A stretch of DNA of 64,000 nucleotides from a virus: UHGV virus genome UHGV-0229283; one strand, 5' to 3'. A program made the translations under genes and the position numbers. Of the stretch, positions 1 to 9,492 are shown in pieces. A model generated the notes under the pieces. It saw only the letters and a program-made list of their open reading frames with translations. It ran no database searches and was not told the DNA's origin. Position 1 is the stretch's first letter. Each line of letters opens with the position of its first letter.

Positions 1-379
1 TCTCGACCAATAAACAAAGTTCCATTGCTTCCTTCTGGAAGTTAGGGTTAGCTGCTCTTTTCTTAGCCCAATGACGTGAACCTGCATTGGTCAGGTGAGT
101 ACATTCCGGGAAACCAAAGACGATGTGAACATTGTCACCAACCATTTCTTTGATCTCTTGAGCTTGTTGAACGGTCTTGTCGTGGAAGAACCACATCCCG
201 ACTTTAACAAGGTCACCCTCGCGGGTGACTCCTGGTGAATGTTGACCATCAAAAGTCCAAACTTCATAGCCAGCCTCTAACCAAGGACGGGCCATGACCG
301 AAGTGTAATCATAAAGAATGATCACTTTCTTCTTCAAACGGCCTCCCTTAGTGGAAACTGACCCCTTGGTGATCGGCAT
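1..379 (-). CDS. hypothetical protein, 3' end truncated by window edge
   Basis: ATG at 379..377 opens a frame with no stop down to position 1 (MPITKGSVSTKGGRLKKKVIILYDYTSVMARPWLEAGYEVW...). It is absent from the ORF track only because it has no stop in the window. It overlaps the next upstream gene by about 30 nt in another frame. Confidence 0.45.
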   Translation of the reverse strand, partial: MPITKGSVSTKGGRLKKKVIILYDYTSVMARPWLEAGYEVWTFDGQHSPGVTREGDLVKVGMWFFHDKTVQQAQEIKEMVGDNVHIVFGFPECTHLTNAGSRHWAKKRAANPNFQKEAMELCLLVE

Positions 380-566
380 TTGTTACCGTACCCGTCATGG
401 AAATTGGAATAATTTTAACTAGGGTGTAGGTCAGATATCTAGCGCTTTCAGATTGCCCTGCGATAGTATATCCTTCATCAAGATGTTCTGCCAACACTTT
501 AGCCACATAATTTGGACCACTGTGGTTATTGAATTCGAATTCGACGACTTTAACTTCGTGTTTCAT
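348..566 (-). CDS. hypothetical protein
   Basis: ORF 348..593 trimmed to the internal start MKHEVKV. That start is preceded by GGAGGAG at a 6-nt spacing, and its ATG overlaps the TAA of the upstream gene (TAATG). Confidence 0.45.
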   Translation of the reverse strand: MKHEVKVVEFEFNNHSGPNYVAKVLAEHLDEGYTIAGQSESARYLTYTLVKIIPISMTGTVTNADHQGVSFH

Positions 567-850
567 TAAAACTCCTCCTCTTCCTGGAAGCAACCTACAA
601 TTTCAAGATTGCGAATATACTCGCGTAAATGATGGTATAGGACATCATCTGGAATGTCAACGTAGATCTGTTTATCTCCAGAGAATACAGCATAATACTC
701 CAAATCCTGGAAACCGTTGTAATCTACATCGCTTTCACGACTGTTACGGTCGCCTTCCATCACAGAATAAAGTGCTTCGACGGTGACGACACCCGCAGTA
801 GGGTGGTCATAACTGAATTCGATCTCTACAGGAAGTGCGGCTTTACTCAT
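566..850 (-). CDS. hypothetical protein (acidic C-terminus)
   Basis: 94-aa ORF on the minus strand, translationally coupled to its downstream neighbour. Confidence 0.5.
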   Translation of the reverse strand: MSKAALPVEIEFSYDHPTAGVVTVEALYSVMEGDRNSRESDVDYNGFQDLEYYAVFSGDKQIYVDIPDDVLYHHLREYIRNLEIVGCFQEEEEF

Positions 851-1079
851 TAAGTCCTCTCGCTTCTAAATTAATTACGAACGCGCCTTCTCCACGGCGA
901 AGCTCGGTATCATCACGCCAGCCACGGAACATTCCCCCGGCGCGACCATGAAAATATATGCACTTATCGGTTATCCGGGTAATCTCCCCGAATTCCCACT
1001 TTTTTGCTCCAGCATTGCCTTGAGAGAAGGCGATCTTGTCGCCAACTCTCGCCTCATTCCCAAAACAATCTTTGATCAT
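843..1079 (-). CDS. hypothetical protein
   Basis: 78-aa ORF in a tightly packed minus-strand operon. Confidence 0.45.
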   Translation of the reverse strand: MIKDCFGNEARVGDKIAFSQGNAGAKKWEFGEITRITDKCIYFHGRAGGMFRGWRDDTELRRGEGAFVINLEARGLNE

Positions 1080-1573
1080 TTAGACTCCAGTTCGGCCTTT
1101 AATTCAATATTCTGGTCAATCAGTGCCTCGATAAACTGAATTGCATGGACTGCTGCACTATGACAACCGTCATCAAACAACTTCCGGCTTACATCATTAC
1201 GTAAAGCGGCTGCATCACCATGCAGGCGAGTTTCCATATAAGTGCTTATGGTATTCCACGCGTTAGCACCAGAACTTAGATATTCCAAAACTGCCAGCAC
1301 ATTCTGAGGGCAGGCAGTCGCAATGTATGTTGCATCCATATCATTGCGCCAAGCCGAAAGATTACCTGTGTTCTCATGGCGCACAACCGGACCCATATTT
1401 CCGTCTGTCACAAACACTGTTTCCATGCCAGCATCTTCCGTTGAAAATGCAACCATAGCATGACCATGTGAATCTATCCACCACTTACCCGGTGTTGCTT
1501 GACTTGCGATGCGTTTCAAATCATCAATAAGTTTACAAATATTTTCACGATGTTTCATCTTCTGCGCCTTCAT
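1076..1573 (-). CDS. hypothetical protein
   Basis: 165-aa ORF; its start overlaps the neighbouring gene's stop. Confidence 0.5.
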   Translation of the reverse strand: MKAQKMKHRENICKLIDDLKRIASQATPGKWWIDSHGHAMVAFSTEDAGMETVFVTDGNMGPVVRHENTGNLSAWRNDMDATYIATACPQNVLAVLEYLSSGANAWNTISTYMETRLHGDAAALRNDVSRKLFDDGCHSAAVHAIQFIEALIDQNIELKAELESK

Positions 1574-1859
1574 AACGAGTTAGGGTCAATTTAGTAACAG
1601 TCAGGCTCACACCTTCTGAAGTTTCTACCACAAAAGTATTGTGGACACCATCTAAAACTACGACGATGAAGTCACCAACCGCAGGCGGCAGATCCGCAAG
1701 TTTCAGGGCAACCACTGCCTCTGCGTATTCACCATCATTGATGACTCGTATAGCGATATCATGTCCAGGACCTTGTTCTGTGAAGTCAAATACCCGAACT
1801 TCATTTTCTGTGGTTTCATCCTCTTTGGCAAAGAGCCAGTTAATTAGACGTTTGAACAT
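1545..1859 (-). CDS. hypothetical protein
   Basis: ORF 1545..1883 trimmed to MFKRLINW, which has a GAGGG Shine-Dalgarno at a 7-nt spacing. Confidence 0.45.
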   Translation of the reverse strand: MFKRLINWLFAKEDETTENEVRVFDFTEQGPGHDIAIRVINDGEYAEAVVALKLADLPPAVGDFIVVVLDGVHNTFVVETSEGVSLTVTKLTLTRYEGAEDETS

Positions 1860-2022
1860 TCTTCGCCCTCTTGACAATTTCATGAATTATATCTTGGAGT
1901 CTTTCCCACGCTTCCAGTTCAGCTTGCTGCATCTCATCGTGATAATCTTGAGCGATATCACGGAGTTTCATTAGCTTTTCTGTTGTTACCTTACTCAGGT
2001 CAGTGAAGTCTTCAACCTGCAT
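1840..2022 (-). CDS. hypothetical small protein
   Basis: ORF 1840..2133 trimmed to MQVEDF, preceded by AGGAGAG. The longer form would overlap the upstream gene by 122 nt. Confidence 0.35.
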   Translation of the reverse strand: MQVEDFTDLSKVTTEKLMKLRDIAQDYHDEMQQAELEAWERLQDIIHEIVKRAKNVQTSN

Positions 2023-2470
2023 TTTTGCTCTCCTCATAGAACTTAATCCACTTCTTAGTTGATTTGATACCACCTTCCAAAGACTTGTCCCTCTGAACCG
2101 CCACCTGCTCAACAATACGGTTCTGTAGAGCAAAACTCATGCGATCCCCCAACCTACGGAATGGATTCCCCTTGTACCCATTGCCATTATGGATGCTAAC
2201 TGCATCCTGTAACGAGATAAAGAATGGGCGACAAATCTTTTTACATCGAGGGAATGCAAGCTGGTAGCCAAAGCGACCATCTTTAACTTCTGGGAAGTTA
2301 GAAAGACGACGAGGGACATACCCATAAGCAGACATCATCTCGTCAAGAGAGGCCATTTGGATGTGGGTAGTGTCCATAGCTTTTTCAGAGCGAGGAACCT
2401 GCCATTGATTCCATACTTCAAGTTCTTTGCGGAACTTTTCTACCAGCTCCAGACGAGAATATGATGCCAT
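2012..2470 (-). CDS. hypothetical protein
   Basis: 152-aa ORF with an AGGAGAAAATAATG start context. Confidence 0.5.
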   Translation of the reverse strand: MASYSRLELVEKFRKELEVWNQWQVPRSEKAMDTTHIQMASLDEMMSAYGYVPRRLSNFPEVKDGRFGYQLAFPRCKKICRPFFISLQDAVSIHNGNGYKGNPFRRLGDRMSFALQNRIVEQVAVQRDKSLEGGIKSTKKWIKFYEESKNAG

Positions 2471-2479
2471 TATTTTCTC

Positions 2480-3787
2480 CTAAAATTTTCCTGGGAATGT
2501 GTCTTTGTAGAATTTAACAATTCTTTGGTCTACGATAATATCACGTTCTTTAACCGGACGCAACAATCTTAAACCTTTTGTAGAAGTGGCCCTGCTAAAG
2601 GCAACATAGGCCATCCCAGGAGCAAAAGCTCCATAACCAAAGTCTATATTAACCTCTGGCAAAGTCAAGCCTTGAGCTTTGTGAATGGTCACTGCATAAC
2701 CAAGGCGAATGGGTAAGTTTGTGTATGTTCCAACAACAATCTTTTCCAATTCCTCTTCAGTCTTACCATTCTTGATAACCTTTCTTGGGAAGTATTCAAC
2801 ATTTTCCCAGACATTCTTTTCGATCTCTACAACCTTGCCGTCTTCCAGTTCTACATCTACCGAAAACTTCCTTAGGGCCTTGATAATACCCCGTGTTCCG
2901 TTTACAAATTTAGGACCGTCTTCATCTGGATTCTGATCATTAACGGTGATCATGACACGAGTCCCTACCTTGAGGTGTAGACTCTCAGCAACTGGACGCT
3001 GGGCAAAATCTCCTGTTTTGGAGGCTTTGTAAATAACCTCTTCACCCGGTATCTGATCGTAATGCTTTTTGTTGATACGTTCCGCCGCGGCATTAGTTGA
3101 AGTCAGGGTAATCGCATTCAGTGCTGCACCTTTTGAATAGCACTGATTGTTGAGGAATTTAACTATTTCATCAATACGCTCGCCTTTCCTCATATGATTC
3201 AACAACGATGAAAAATGCACACTGTTTTGACGATAAATCTTGTCAAGAAGTACAGGGTATGGATTTATCTCTCCCCAAGTGTCTGAGAAACACGATAATT
3301 CTGTGCTGTGGAGTTCGAAGTAAGCGTTTTCTTCAGAATCTGTCAGAACTGGAGGGTTCTGAAAGAAATCACCAAACATTATGACCTGAAGACCGCCGAA
3401 AGCTTTCTTAGGCTCCCTTCTCGCAACACGTAGTTTCTGATCCATTTCCCACAATTTGTCGGCTCGCACCATAGATATTTCATCAATAATGATACGCTCA
3501 AGAGATTTGCTTTTTAAAAGTTTTTTAGGTTTAGTTTTTACTGTCTTACCATCATTTTCTGTGGCTATCCCCATTGATAACCCGAAAGCTCGATGAGTTG
3601 TCATTCCATCAACATTAAGTGAAGCGACCCCTGTCGGGGCCACTGTTAATGTTGAACTTGGATACAGGGATTGGATTGTTTTGATCAGATGGCTCTTGCC
3701 ACTACCACCAGGTCCCGTAATGAAAACGTTTTTGCCTTCAATGATAGCACCTAAGGCCTCTTCCGTTCCCACTCCAAAATCAGACAT
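2480..3787 (-). CDS. SF1B DNA helicase, Dda/RecD/Pif1-like
   Basis: Walker A GPGGSGKSHL and Walker B IIDEISMV. At 435 aa it is close in size to T4 Dda. Confidence 0.75.
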   Translation of the reverse strand: MSDFGVGTEEALGAIIEGKNVFITGPGGSGKSHLIKTIQSLYPSSTLTVAPTGVASLNVDGMTTHRAFGLSMGIATENDGKTVKTKPKKLLKSKSLERIIIDEISMVRADKLWEMDQKLRVARREPKKAFGGLQVIMFGDFFQNPPVLTDSEENAYFELHSTELSCFSDTWGEINPYPVLLDKIYRQNSVHFSSLLNHMRKGERIDEIVKFLNNQCYSKGAALNAITLTSTNAAAERINKKHYDQIPGEEVIYKASKTGDFAQRPVAESLHLKVGTRVMITVNDQNPDEDGPKFVNGTRGIIKALRKFSVDVELEDGKVVEIEKNVWENVEYFPRKVIKNGKTEEELEKIVVGTYTNLPIRLGYAVTIHKAQGLTLPEVNIDFGYGAFAPGMAYVAFSRATSTKGLRLLRPVKERDIIVDQRIVKFYKDTFPGKF

Positions 3788-5022
3788 TAATCCTCCTTAT
3801 CGAGATAAATTTCGTCCAGGATAGCACCCCTTACACCCACAACAATAACATCAGGAGCACCTGCTGGCTTTTCTTTTCCTGTCAATACCTCATAGCGGCA
3901 GCAGCGGCATTTCTTGTTATTGTAGTTATATGGTACGCTAACAATGTCTGCCGGGTCAACAGATACCTCAACCACATTACCATAATCACGGGCATATTCC
4001 TTGGAGGCGATATGTAAACCCTGGCTACAAGCTTTGGTTGGGTCATCTTCAACCATGTTTCTTGGCATAGTGACTGTGGTGTTAGCCCAGTTAGGGACCA
4101 AGCCTGTGAACCAGTCACGAGGACCATTCTCAGTGCGTTTAAGACCCTTGTAGGCCAAGATGTTGCCATTCTCCAGAATCTCGAACTTGTTATGCTCCAA
4201 GAAGTCGTACAGCATTTCAACCGATTTGTAAGAAGGATTGAGCATCAGCTTCCGCATGAACTCGACATAACGGTTATCGAACTTCCCCGTCTCGATATCG
4301 GAAACAATACGGCGAGCAATACCGCTTTCTTGTTTGATACCGTGCCAGTACAGAATTCCGTCTAGCAGCTTCATATCCGGTCCAAGGTCGATTGCCACTT
4401 CAGCTTTTGCAGCGATCCCCGCTTCAATAAGCGCTACGGCTTCGTCGATCTTGTTGTTTAACAGCAACATACCGACGTCGTTAAAGATTTCGCTGTTACT
4501 GCCCAGAGTATGAATGGTTCCATCTGGAAGTGTGATGGAAACGTTGCCTGGTGTCATGATGACAATGGGATCAGCTTTCGTGTCATCAACAACCGAAATC
4601 TTAATAGGCACAGGTGTAGGTTCTGGAAGCTGAGGAACAGTAACGCTCACTTCTACATCAGAAACCACGAACACCACTTCCCAGCGCTTACCACGCTTGC
4701 CAAGGTCCTTGACAACTCCCTCCTCTTTGTCATGTCCTGCTGTTGTCTTTGCATGATCGATAATCTTCGCATTCTGTACAGTCTTAGAGAATGCTCGGGC
4801 CTCTCCACGACTCGCAAAGAACATAGAGGCAGTTGGCGCAGGGTAAGTTTCCATATCGAAGGAAATCGTCTTTTCCGGGGAAGCACCAATACTGTCTTTG
4901 GGGACAACCATCCAACGCCCCTCTGCCAGCACCGCTGGGGATACACCACGGTCCACAACCTTCATACCACGACTTGCAGCACAAACACGAGCATCTGCAC
5001 GGGATTTAAAAAGATCACTCAT
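3787..5022 (-). CDS. hypothetical protein
   Basis: 411-aa ORF translationally coupled on both sides (ATGA overlaps). No recognisable motif. Confidence 0.55.
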   Translation of the reverse strand: MSDLFKSRADARVCAASRGMKVVDRGVSPAVLAEGRWMVVPKDSIGASPEKTISFDMETYPAPTASMFFASRGEARAFSKTVQNAKIIDHAKTTAGHDKEEGVVKDLGKRGKRWEVVFVVSDVEVSVTVPQLPEPTPVPIKISVVDDTKADPIVIMTPGNVSITLPDGTIHTLGSNSEIFNDVGMLLLNNKIDEAVALIEAGIAAKAEVAIDLGPDMKLLDGILYWHGIKQESGIARRIVSDIETGKFDNRYVEFMRKLMLNPSYKSVEMLYDFLEHNKFEILENGNILAYKGLKRTENGPRDWFTGLVPNWANTTVTMPRNMVEDDPTKACSQGLHIASKEYARDYGNVVEVSVDPADIVSVPYNYNNKKCRCCRYEVLTGKEKPAGAPDVIVVGVRGAILDEIYLDKED

Positions 5023-7010
5023 TATTTCTCTCCTTTGCTATCAATAAATTTACGATACTCAGCCACCTCTGGTGAGTTAAAATGCTCCATCGAGATGTGC
5101 TTCAGTAACGGGTAACGTTCTTTTACCTTGTTAATCAGGCTTTTCCCAACACGAATACGTCCATTGACGATTCTCTTCGCAGTTCTTTCTGCACTATAAT
5201 AACCTTTAACATGGTAAAGGGTACTAGCCATATTAACCTTTTCCTTGTATTCAGGATCTTTGACAACCTCTACACCTATTCCCTTTAAGTCGTCCAAGAG
5301 AGAGCGATACTCACGCTGTCTGGTTAACTGATTAAGATGATAATCCAACAGGTTTGAACTTGCAACCTTATAAAGGTCGTCCTGTGTAATCATCCTAACA
5401 TCATCATCCAGCCAACTCACTCGGTTTAAAGGTACGATGTATAATTTATCATCAATACCAAGATCTGACAAGAAGGTCTCCGGTTGATGACGGTTAGAAA
5501 GGTACGCCGTAGACCCAAGGTCACAAGTCCCTCGTGCCTGACCACCAGAATAGATCATGGCATATTTGATATCATCAAATTCCGCACGGGAGATACGTGT
5601 TTTCCTAATAGCTCCACTCTGCTCAATGATCCATACTGGATGCCCTGGTTCATACAGGCTATAGCCGCCATACTTTTTATCCGATTTCGATGCTGGACGC
5701 TTTTCCAAATCCGACAGCTTATGGATCATTCCCGCAAAGAATGGATTATCACACATTTGTGCCACACCAAGATTGTCCGTCAGATAGACGGCCTTGCCTG
5801 TTACATCAAACAACTGATTACATTTACTTCTAACCAGCTTATTGTCGTCGTTGTATACAAGATGGTAACCATTCATCATATCCGCATATGAATAGTCTTT
5901 GTCAGTTCTACGCTTCTCCCCGTGGCCGTTGTAAGTTACACATTCCTTGACGCTTACAGAGTCAACATAATCTCTGAACAATTCCGCAATGTATTTTGCG
6001 CCGTATTTTGTAGCAAACCACCCGCCAACTCGCTTCATATACTCCAGAACATCCGCAAGTTTTGGAAGCTTACGGAGTTCATGGTAAATTTCTTCACCAC
6101 GGCGATCAAGGGCCGTCTGAACGAATGTCTTAAGGCGCTCTTCGAAGCCACGGTCATTCTTGCCCTCGATAGTCCATTCACGTCCCGGATTGACATCGCA
6201 ATCCCCGATTGGGATGGACACCATCATCAGGGGCCATTCAGGGTTATTGCTCAGAAACTTTGATTTGTACGGCTGTTGTCCCATAACCACAACGCTATCA
6301 GCATTGTTAGATACCGACGAATACATTTCCAGCATCCAACCAGATTCTTCATCTTTGAACGTATACTGCACCGGGTAGGTACGGTCTCGAATAGATGAAG
6401 TCACAAATGGGTCATTGATCTCGTAAGGGAACTTAGCATAACGCAGGCAACTGATAATTGCACGGCGGTATTTCTCAGTCTCTGCCGGGTCAACGTTGAA
6501 TTTGATTTCAACACCATTTTCTTCTATGGTTTTTGACTCGTGGAGAGGCACAACCTCAGGTATCCCTTGGTCTTTATGAACAGAGTACACAGTTTTAGTA
6601 CCATCTTTGATGGAGATGACACTGAACATGTCCGTAACGGTGAACGGGGCCTTGGAACCAATACCTTTCGCACCGATCAGATCGTTGGATTCACGTTTGG
6701 TGGACGACCCCAGCATCATGAAGGTCTGGGTAACCATGTCAAAGTCCATCCCAATACCACCATCCTTGACAGAATACCACGGTTCTAGGTCAGTTGGGGA
6801 GTGGATGATAATCGGTTTATCCCGGCATCCGGCTTCTGTGTGTGCATCTACCGCATTGAACAGGGGTTCACGACAGGCAGCAAGGATCTTGTCCTCATAA
6901 ATACCATCGATCAAGATACTGAAAGTTTCAGCATTAATCGCGATACCAGCCTGATAGCGTTTGACGTTGGTACTAACTTCTACCTTCTTCTCATTACGCT
7001 CGATTATCAT
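5022..7010 (-). CDS. GHKL-family ATPase, Hsp90/HtpG-like N-terminal domain
   Basis: N-box REPLFNAVDA, G1 box VKDGGIGMD, G2 box GAKGIGSKAPF, and an ETFSIL motif resembling Hsp90 ETFAFQ. 662 aa. AGGAGAAG Shine-Dalgarno before the ATG. Confidence 0.6.
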   Translation of the reverse strand: MIIERNEKKVEVSTNVKRYQAGIAINAETFSILIDGIYEDKILAACREPLFNAVDAHTEAGCRDKPIIIHSPTDLEPWYSVKDGGIGMDFDMVTQTFMMLGSSTKRESNDLIGAKGIGSKAPFTVTDMFSVISIKDGTKTVYSVHKDQGIPEVVPLHESKTIEENGVEIKFNVDPAETEKYRRAIISCLRYAKFPYEINDPFVTSSIRDRTYPVQYTFKDEESGWMLEMYSSVSNNADSVVVMGQQPYKSKFLSNNPEWPLMMVSIPIGDCDVNPGREWTIEGKNDRGFEERLKTFVQTALDRRGEEIYHELRKLPKLADVLEYMKRVGGWFATKYGAKYIAELFRDYVDSVSVKECVTYNGHGEKRRTDKDYSYADMMNGYHLVYNDDNKLVRSKCNQLFDVTGKAVYLTDNLGVAQMCDNPFFAGMIHKLSDLEKRPASKSDKKYGGYSLYEPGHPVWIIEQSGAIRKTRISRAEFDDIKYAMIYSGGQARGTCDLGSTAYLSNRHQPETFLSDLGIDDKLYIVPLNRVSWLDDDVRMITQDDLYKVASSNLLDYHLNQLTRQREYRSLLDDLKGIGVEVVKDPEYKEKVNMASTLYHVKGYYSAERTAKRIVNGRIRVGKSLINKVKERYPLLKHISMEHFNSPEVAEYRKFIDSKGEK

Positions 7011-7052
7011 CTACTTCTCCTACTTTTTGCAGTTATTTATATTTAGTCTAAA

Positions 7053-7175
7053 GGCCGCTGTAGCCATACCTATTGCGTATGCTCCACAAATTTGTTCCCA
7101 ATACATGGGCTGTGACAGTGACAATATCACACACAGAGGGGTAATGCAAACAAATATTACTAAGAATTTCTTCAT
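7053..7175 (-). CDS. putative small signal-peptide or lipoprotein-like protein (40 aa)
   Basis: Unlisted short ORF MKKFLVIFVCITPLCDIV... with an AGGGGG Shine-Dalgarno, lying directly downstream of the secreted cell-wall hydrolase. Confidence 0.25.
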
Positions 7176-7179
7176 GAGT

Positions 7180-7710
7180 TCATGCCCCCTGAGAATCTTC
7201 TTTCTCTTTATAATATATATGGTTATCGATCCTGACTGTGCGTAGCATGGCCTTTGTCCAGTAGGGTTTTACTTTTCGTGAATGGTAGTGGGTTGCTCCA
7301 TGTGTTATGTCCAGAGCATCGTAGACGATCCTGTTTTGTTTATGAATCTTGATCAGAACTTTTGCAAACTCTTGTGCCTTCTCCCAGCGATCCTTTTCAT
7401 AGACTTTAAACGTTGTTCCTGAAGATGTCCAGGAGAATTGTCCGGGCTGGTAGACGATCTTTTTTACTGTTCCAGGGTACTTATCGTTATCCTTACGATT
7501 CAAAGTTACGAATGCGATCGACATTAACCCGGAATCACTCTCTCCACGAGCTTCTTTGTACATGTTGCAGGCTAAAATGTTTACCACTGTATCATCTTTT
7601 TTGCACAGATGAATTACCTTGGGCTTCTTTGCGTTGTCTTTAGCCAGTACAGGTGTGGTGGCTAGAGAAAACACACAGGCGGTTGCCAGAATCAGATTTT
7701 TCAATTTCAA
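7180..7710 (-). CDS. secreted cell-wall hydrolase, SleB/Hydrolase_2-like
   Basis: CNMYKEARGESDSG...YPGTVKKIVYQPGQFSW motifs. The likely start is a TTG giving the signal peptide MKLKNLILATACVFSLATTPVLA, with a GGAGTG Shine-Dalgarno. The ORF-track start at 7737 lies inside the tnpB terminator hairpin. Confidence 0.6.
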   Translation of the reverse strand: MKLKNLILATACVFSLATTPVLAKDNAKKPKVIHLCKKDDTVVNILACNMYKEARGESDSGLMSIAFVTLNRKDNDKYPGTVKKIVYQPGQFSWTSSGTTFKVYEKDRWEKAQEFAKVLIKIHKQNRIVYDALDITHGATHYHSRKVKPYWTKAMLRTVRIDNHIYYKEKEDSQGA

Positions 7711-7720
7711 ATTTACACTC

Positions 7721-7750
7721 CAAATTAAAAGCCCCATTGCGGGGCTAAGA
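7721..7750 (-). terminator. rho-independent terminator after tnpB
   Basis: On the minus strand, AGCCCCGCAATGGGGCT is followed by TTTTAATTT immediately after the tnpB stop codon. Confidence 0.5.
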
Positions 7751-7760
7751 TGCTATAATT

Positions 7761-9014
7761 TTACTTATGGGTCAACCCCTTATTAAGGATATTTTTTGCA
7801 GCATTAATGTCTGCATTCTCAGTATGACCGCAAGAAATACATAAAAATTTAGCTTGTGTTTTCCTGTTTTCTTTTGATACATACCCACATCCAGAGCACG
7901 TCTGAGAGGTATATGCTGGATTAACAATCATTAACTCACTTCCGTACCTGATCGTTTTGTAAGCTAACTGCATACGTACCGAGTATAGACTCATATTTAG
8001 AATCTCTCGGTTAAGCCCTGTTTTAGCCTTCACATTTTTACCAGGCTGTTCAATCGTTCCTTTTGACGATTTCGTCATATTGGAAACTTTCAAATCTTCC
8101 AGAACAATTTTGTAGGATTTTGTAGCCAACTTTTTAGTAAGTTTGTGGCAGGCGTCTTGGCGAATACTCCCTTGTTTGGACTTGCGTACAGTGATCATTT
8201 CGCCAAGCTTTTTGTATCTTGCGCTGCCTTTCTGGCATTTGGCTTGCTTACGTTGAAGAATACGAATACGTTCTTCAAGAGCCTTTAACGATTCTTTAGG
8301 ATACTCCTCATGCCATGCTGTTTCACTATCTGAATCATAGCATGTTGCATACTGTGCAACACCTAAGTCAACACCAACACACATTTCCCTTTTATTAGAG
8401 ATCTGATAATAATCTTCGTCAGGTATTTCAAAGATGAAAGCAACATACCAGTCACCAGCAGTTTTGCTGAACGTGGTATTCATAAGTTTCCCATTCAGGA
8501 TACGTGCAGGTATCTTATCTCCCAGTTTCATCTTTCCAAGTCTGTTGTGGATGATGTAAGCCCCAACGTCATCAAGATTCTTTTCCTTTTTGAAGTCTGT
8601 ATTGCTTAATTTAAAACCTTTCCTGCGATGCTTTGATTGAAACTTGGGTCTGCCTCCAAGCTTTTTGAAGCATCGCTGCCATGCCTCTTTGAGGTCATAC
8701 TTTATAGCAAGCTGGCCAACACTACCGGGTATCCCATTTAACCATGTGTGGATTCCTGAGCCTAACATTACTCCAGATTTTGTTGGCTTTTTAAAACCGA
8801 GAGGGTATTTACCTTGGTTAAAAAATTTATCGTATTCATTTATTTTTGCCAATTTCCATTTTTCATCAGGAGATAGGGTTTCTTGGTCTATGAAACATAA
8901 CCCTAATGCATAATTAAAAGCATAACGTCTGGCGTTGCTCCAATGAAGAAGAGTGCTGTTTTGGCGATTATTTGTACCAACTTTTGTTTTAAAACCTACC
9001 ATCATGATAATCAT
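7761..9014 (-). CDS. tnpB: IS200/IS605-family TnpB (OrfB), RNA-guided nuclease-like; no tnpA partner
   Basis: Split RuvC motifs are present: GVDLG (I), VLEDL (II) and ADINAAKNI (III). A C-terminal zinc ribbon CSGCG...CISCGH follows. 417 aa. Confidence 0.85.
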   Translation of the reverse strand: MIIMMVGFKTKVGTNNRQNSTLLHWSNARRYAFNYALGLCFIDQETLSPDEKWKLAKINEYDKFFNQGKYPLGFKKPTKSGVMLGSGIHTWLNGIPGSVGQLAIKYDLKEAWQRCFKKLGGRPKFQSKHRRKGFKLSNTDFKKEKNLDDVGAYIIHNRLGKMKLGDKIPARILNGKLMNTTFSKTAGDWYVAFIFEIPDEDYYQISNKREMCVGVDLGVAQYATCYDSDSETAWHEEYPKESLKALEERIRILQRKQAKCQKGSARYKKLGEMITVRKSKQGSIRQDACHKLTKKLATKSYKIVLEDLKVSNMTKSSKGTIEQPGKNVKAKTGLNREILNMSLYSVRMQLAYKTIRYGSELMIVNPAYTSQTCSGCGYVSKENRKTQAKFLCISCGHTENADINAAKNILNKGLTHK

Positions 9015-9099
9015 CTACCTGCGCTGTTAAAGTTCATTCCGACAGTACCACACTACGTGAGGAACGTGATAGAATGGAGAGTTCGTGCATACAGTCCAG

Positions 9100-9247
9100 A
9101 GGTTATCCCCACATATTTTGGGGGCACCTGATATCTGTGATACGCTAGGAGGACTACATCGGTTTATCCCACATTGTGGGGAACACGGGCAGCGATTTGT
9201 AGCGATCCGGGTTGGCCTCGGTTTATCCCCACGCATGTGGGGAACAC
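9100..9247 (-). CRISPR. mini-CRISPR array with type I-E-like repeats, 3 repeats and 2 spacers
   Basis: The minus-strand repeat is GTGTTCCCCACATGCGTGGGGATAAACCG (29 nt). Repeats lie at 9219-9247, 9160-9186 and a degenerate terminal copy at 9100-9128. Spacers are 32 nt (9187-9218) and 31 nt (9129-9159). The degenerate repeat sits at the leader-distal end. Confidence 0.7.
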
Positions 9248-9463
9248 TCTAACCGTAAACATATGGCAACCTTAGTGTTTTAAGCCCACTTAAAATCTAC
9301 CGAGTTGTGTTCCCAAATTTGTAGAGATAGGAGCAAAGCTCCTGAAGGACTTATGCAACTAAGTTGCAGCCCCCTTCTTCCTTCATAGACTCGCTAATGC
9401 TTATCTCCAGAAGCATAACTTCGGCGTTAACCACACCTAGAGGATTGGCTCCCAACAAGAGAC

Positions 9464-9492
9464 ACTATACAGTGTCTCTTAATTGGAGTCAA
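9464..9492 (-). promoter_or_regulatory. sigma70-like promoter driving leader, array and tnpB
   Basis: Minus strand: TTGACT, a 17-nt spacer, then TATAGT. The perfect palindrome AGAGACACTATACAGTGTCTCT (9458-9479) overlaps the -10 and +1, so it may be an operator. Confidence 0.5.

Noticed and set aside
4510-5115. Plus-strand ORFs antisense to long minus-strand genes (for example 4510..5115, 5484..5891, 13356..13835, 55512..56075, 56547..57038)
   Set aside because: These are shadow ORFs inside well-supported genes on the opposite strand. They lack a Shine-Dalgarno and are not coupled.
9027-9236. ORF-track 69-aa minus-strand ORF (MRGDKPRPTRIATNRCPCSPQ...)
   Set aside because: It lies entirely across the CRISPR repeats and spacers. 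Its translation is produced by the repeat units, so it is almost certainly not a gene.
9305-9319. GTGTTCCCAAAT in the leader, resembling the 5' end of the repeat
   Set aside because: It is on the opposite strand relative to the array repeats and only 9 nt match. It is probably coincidence.
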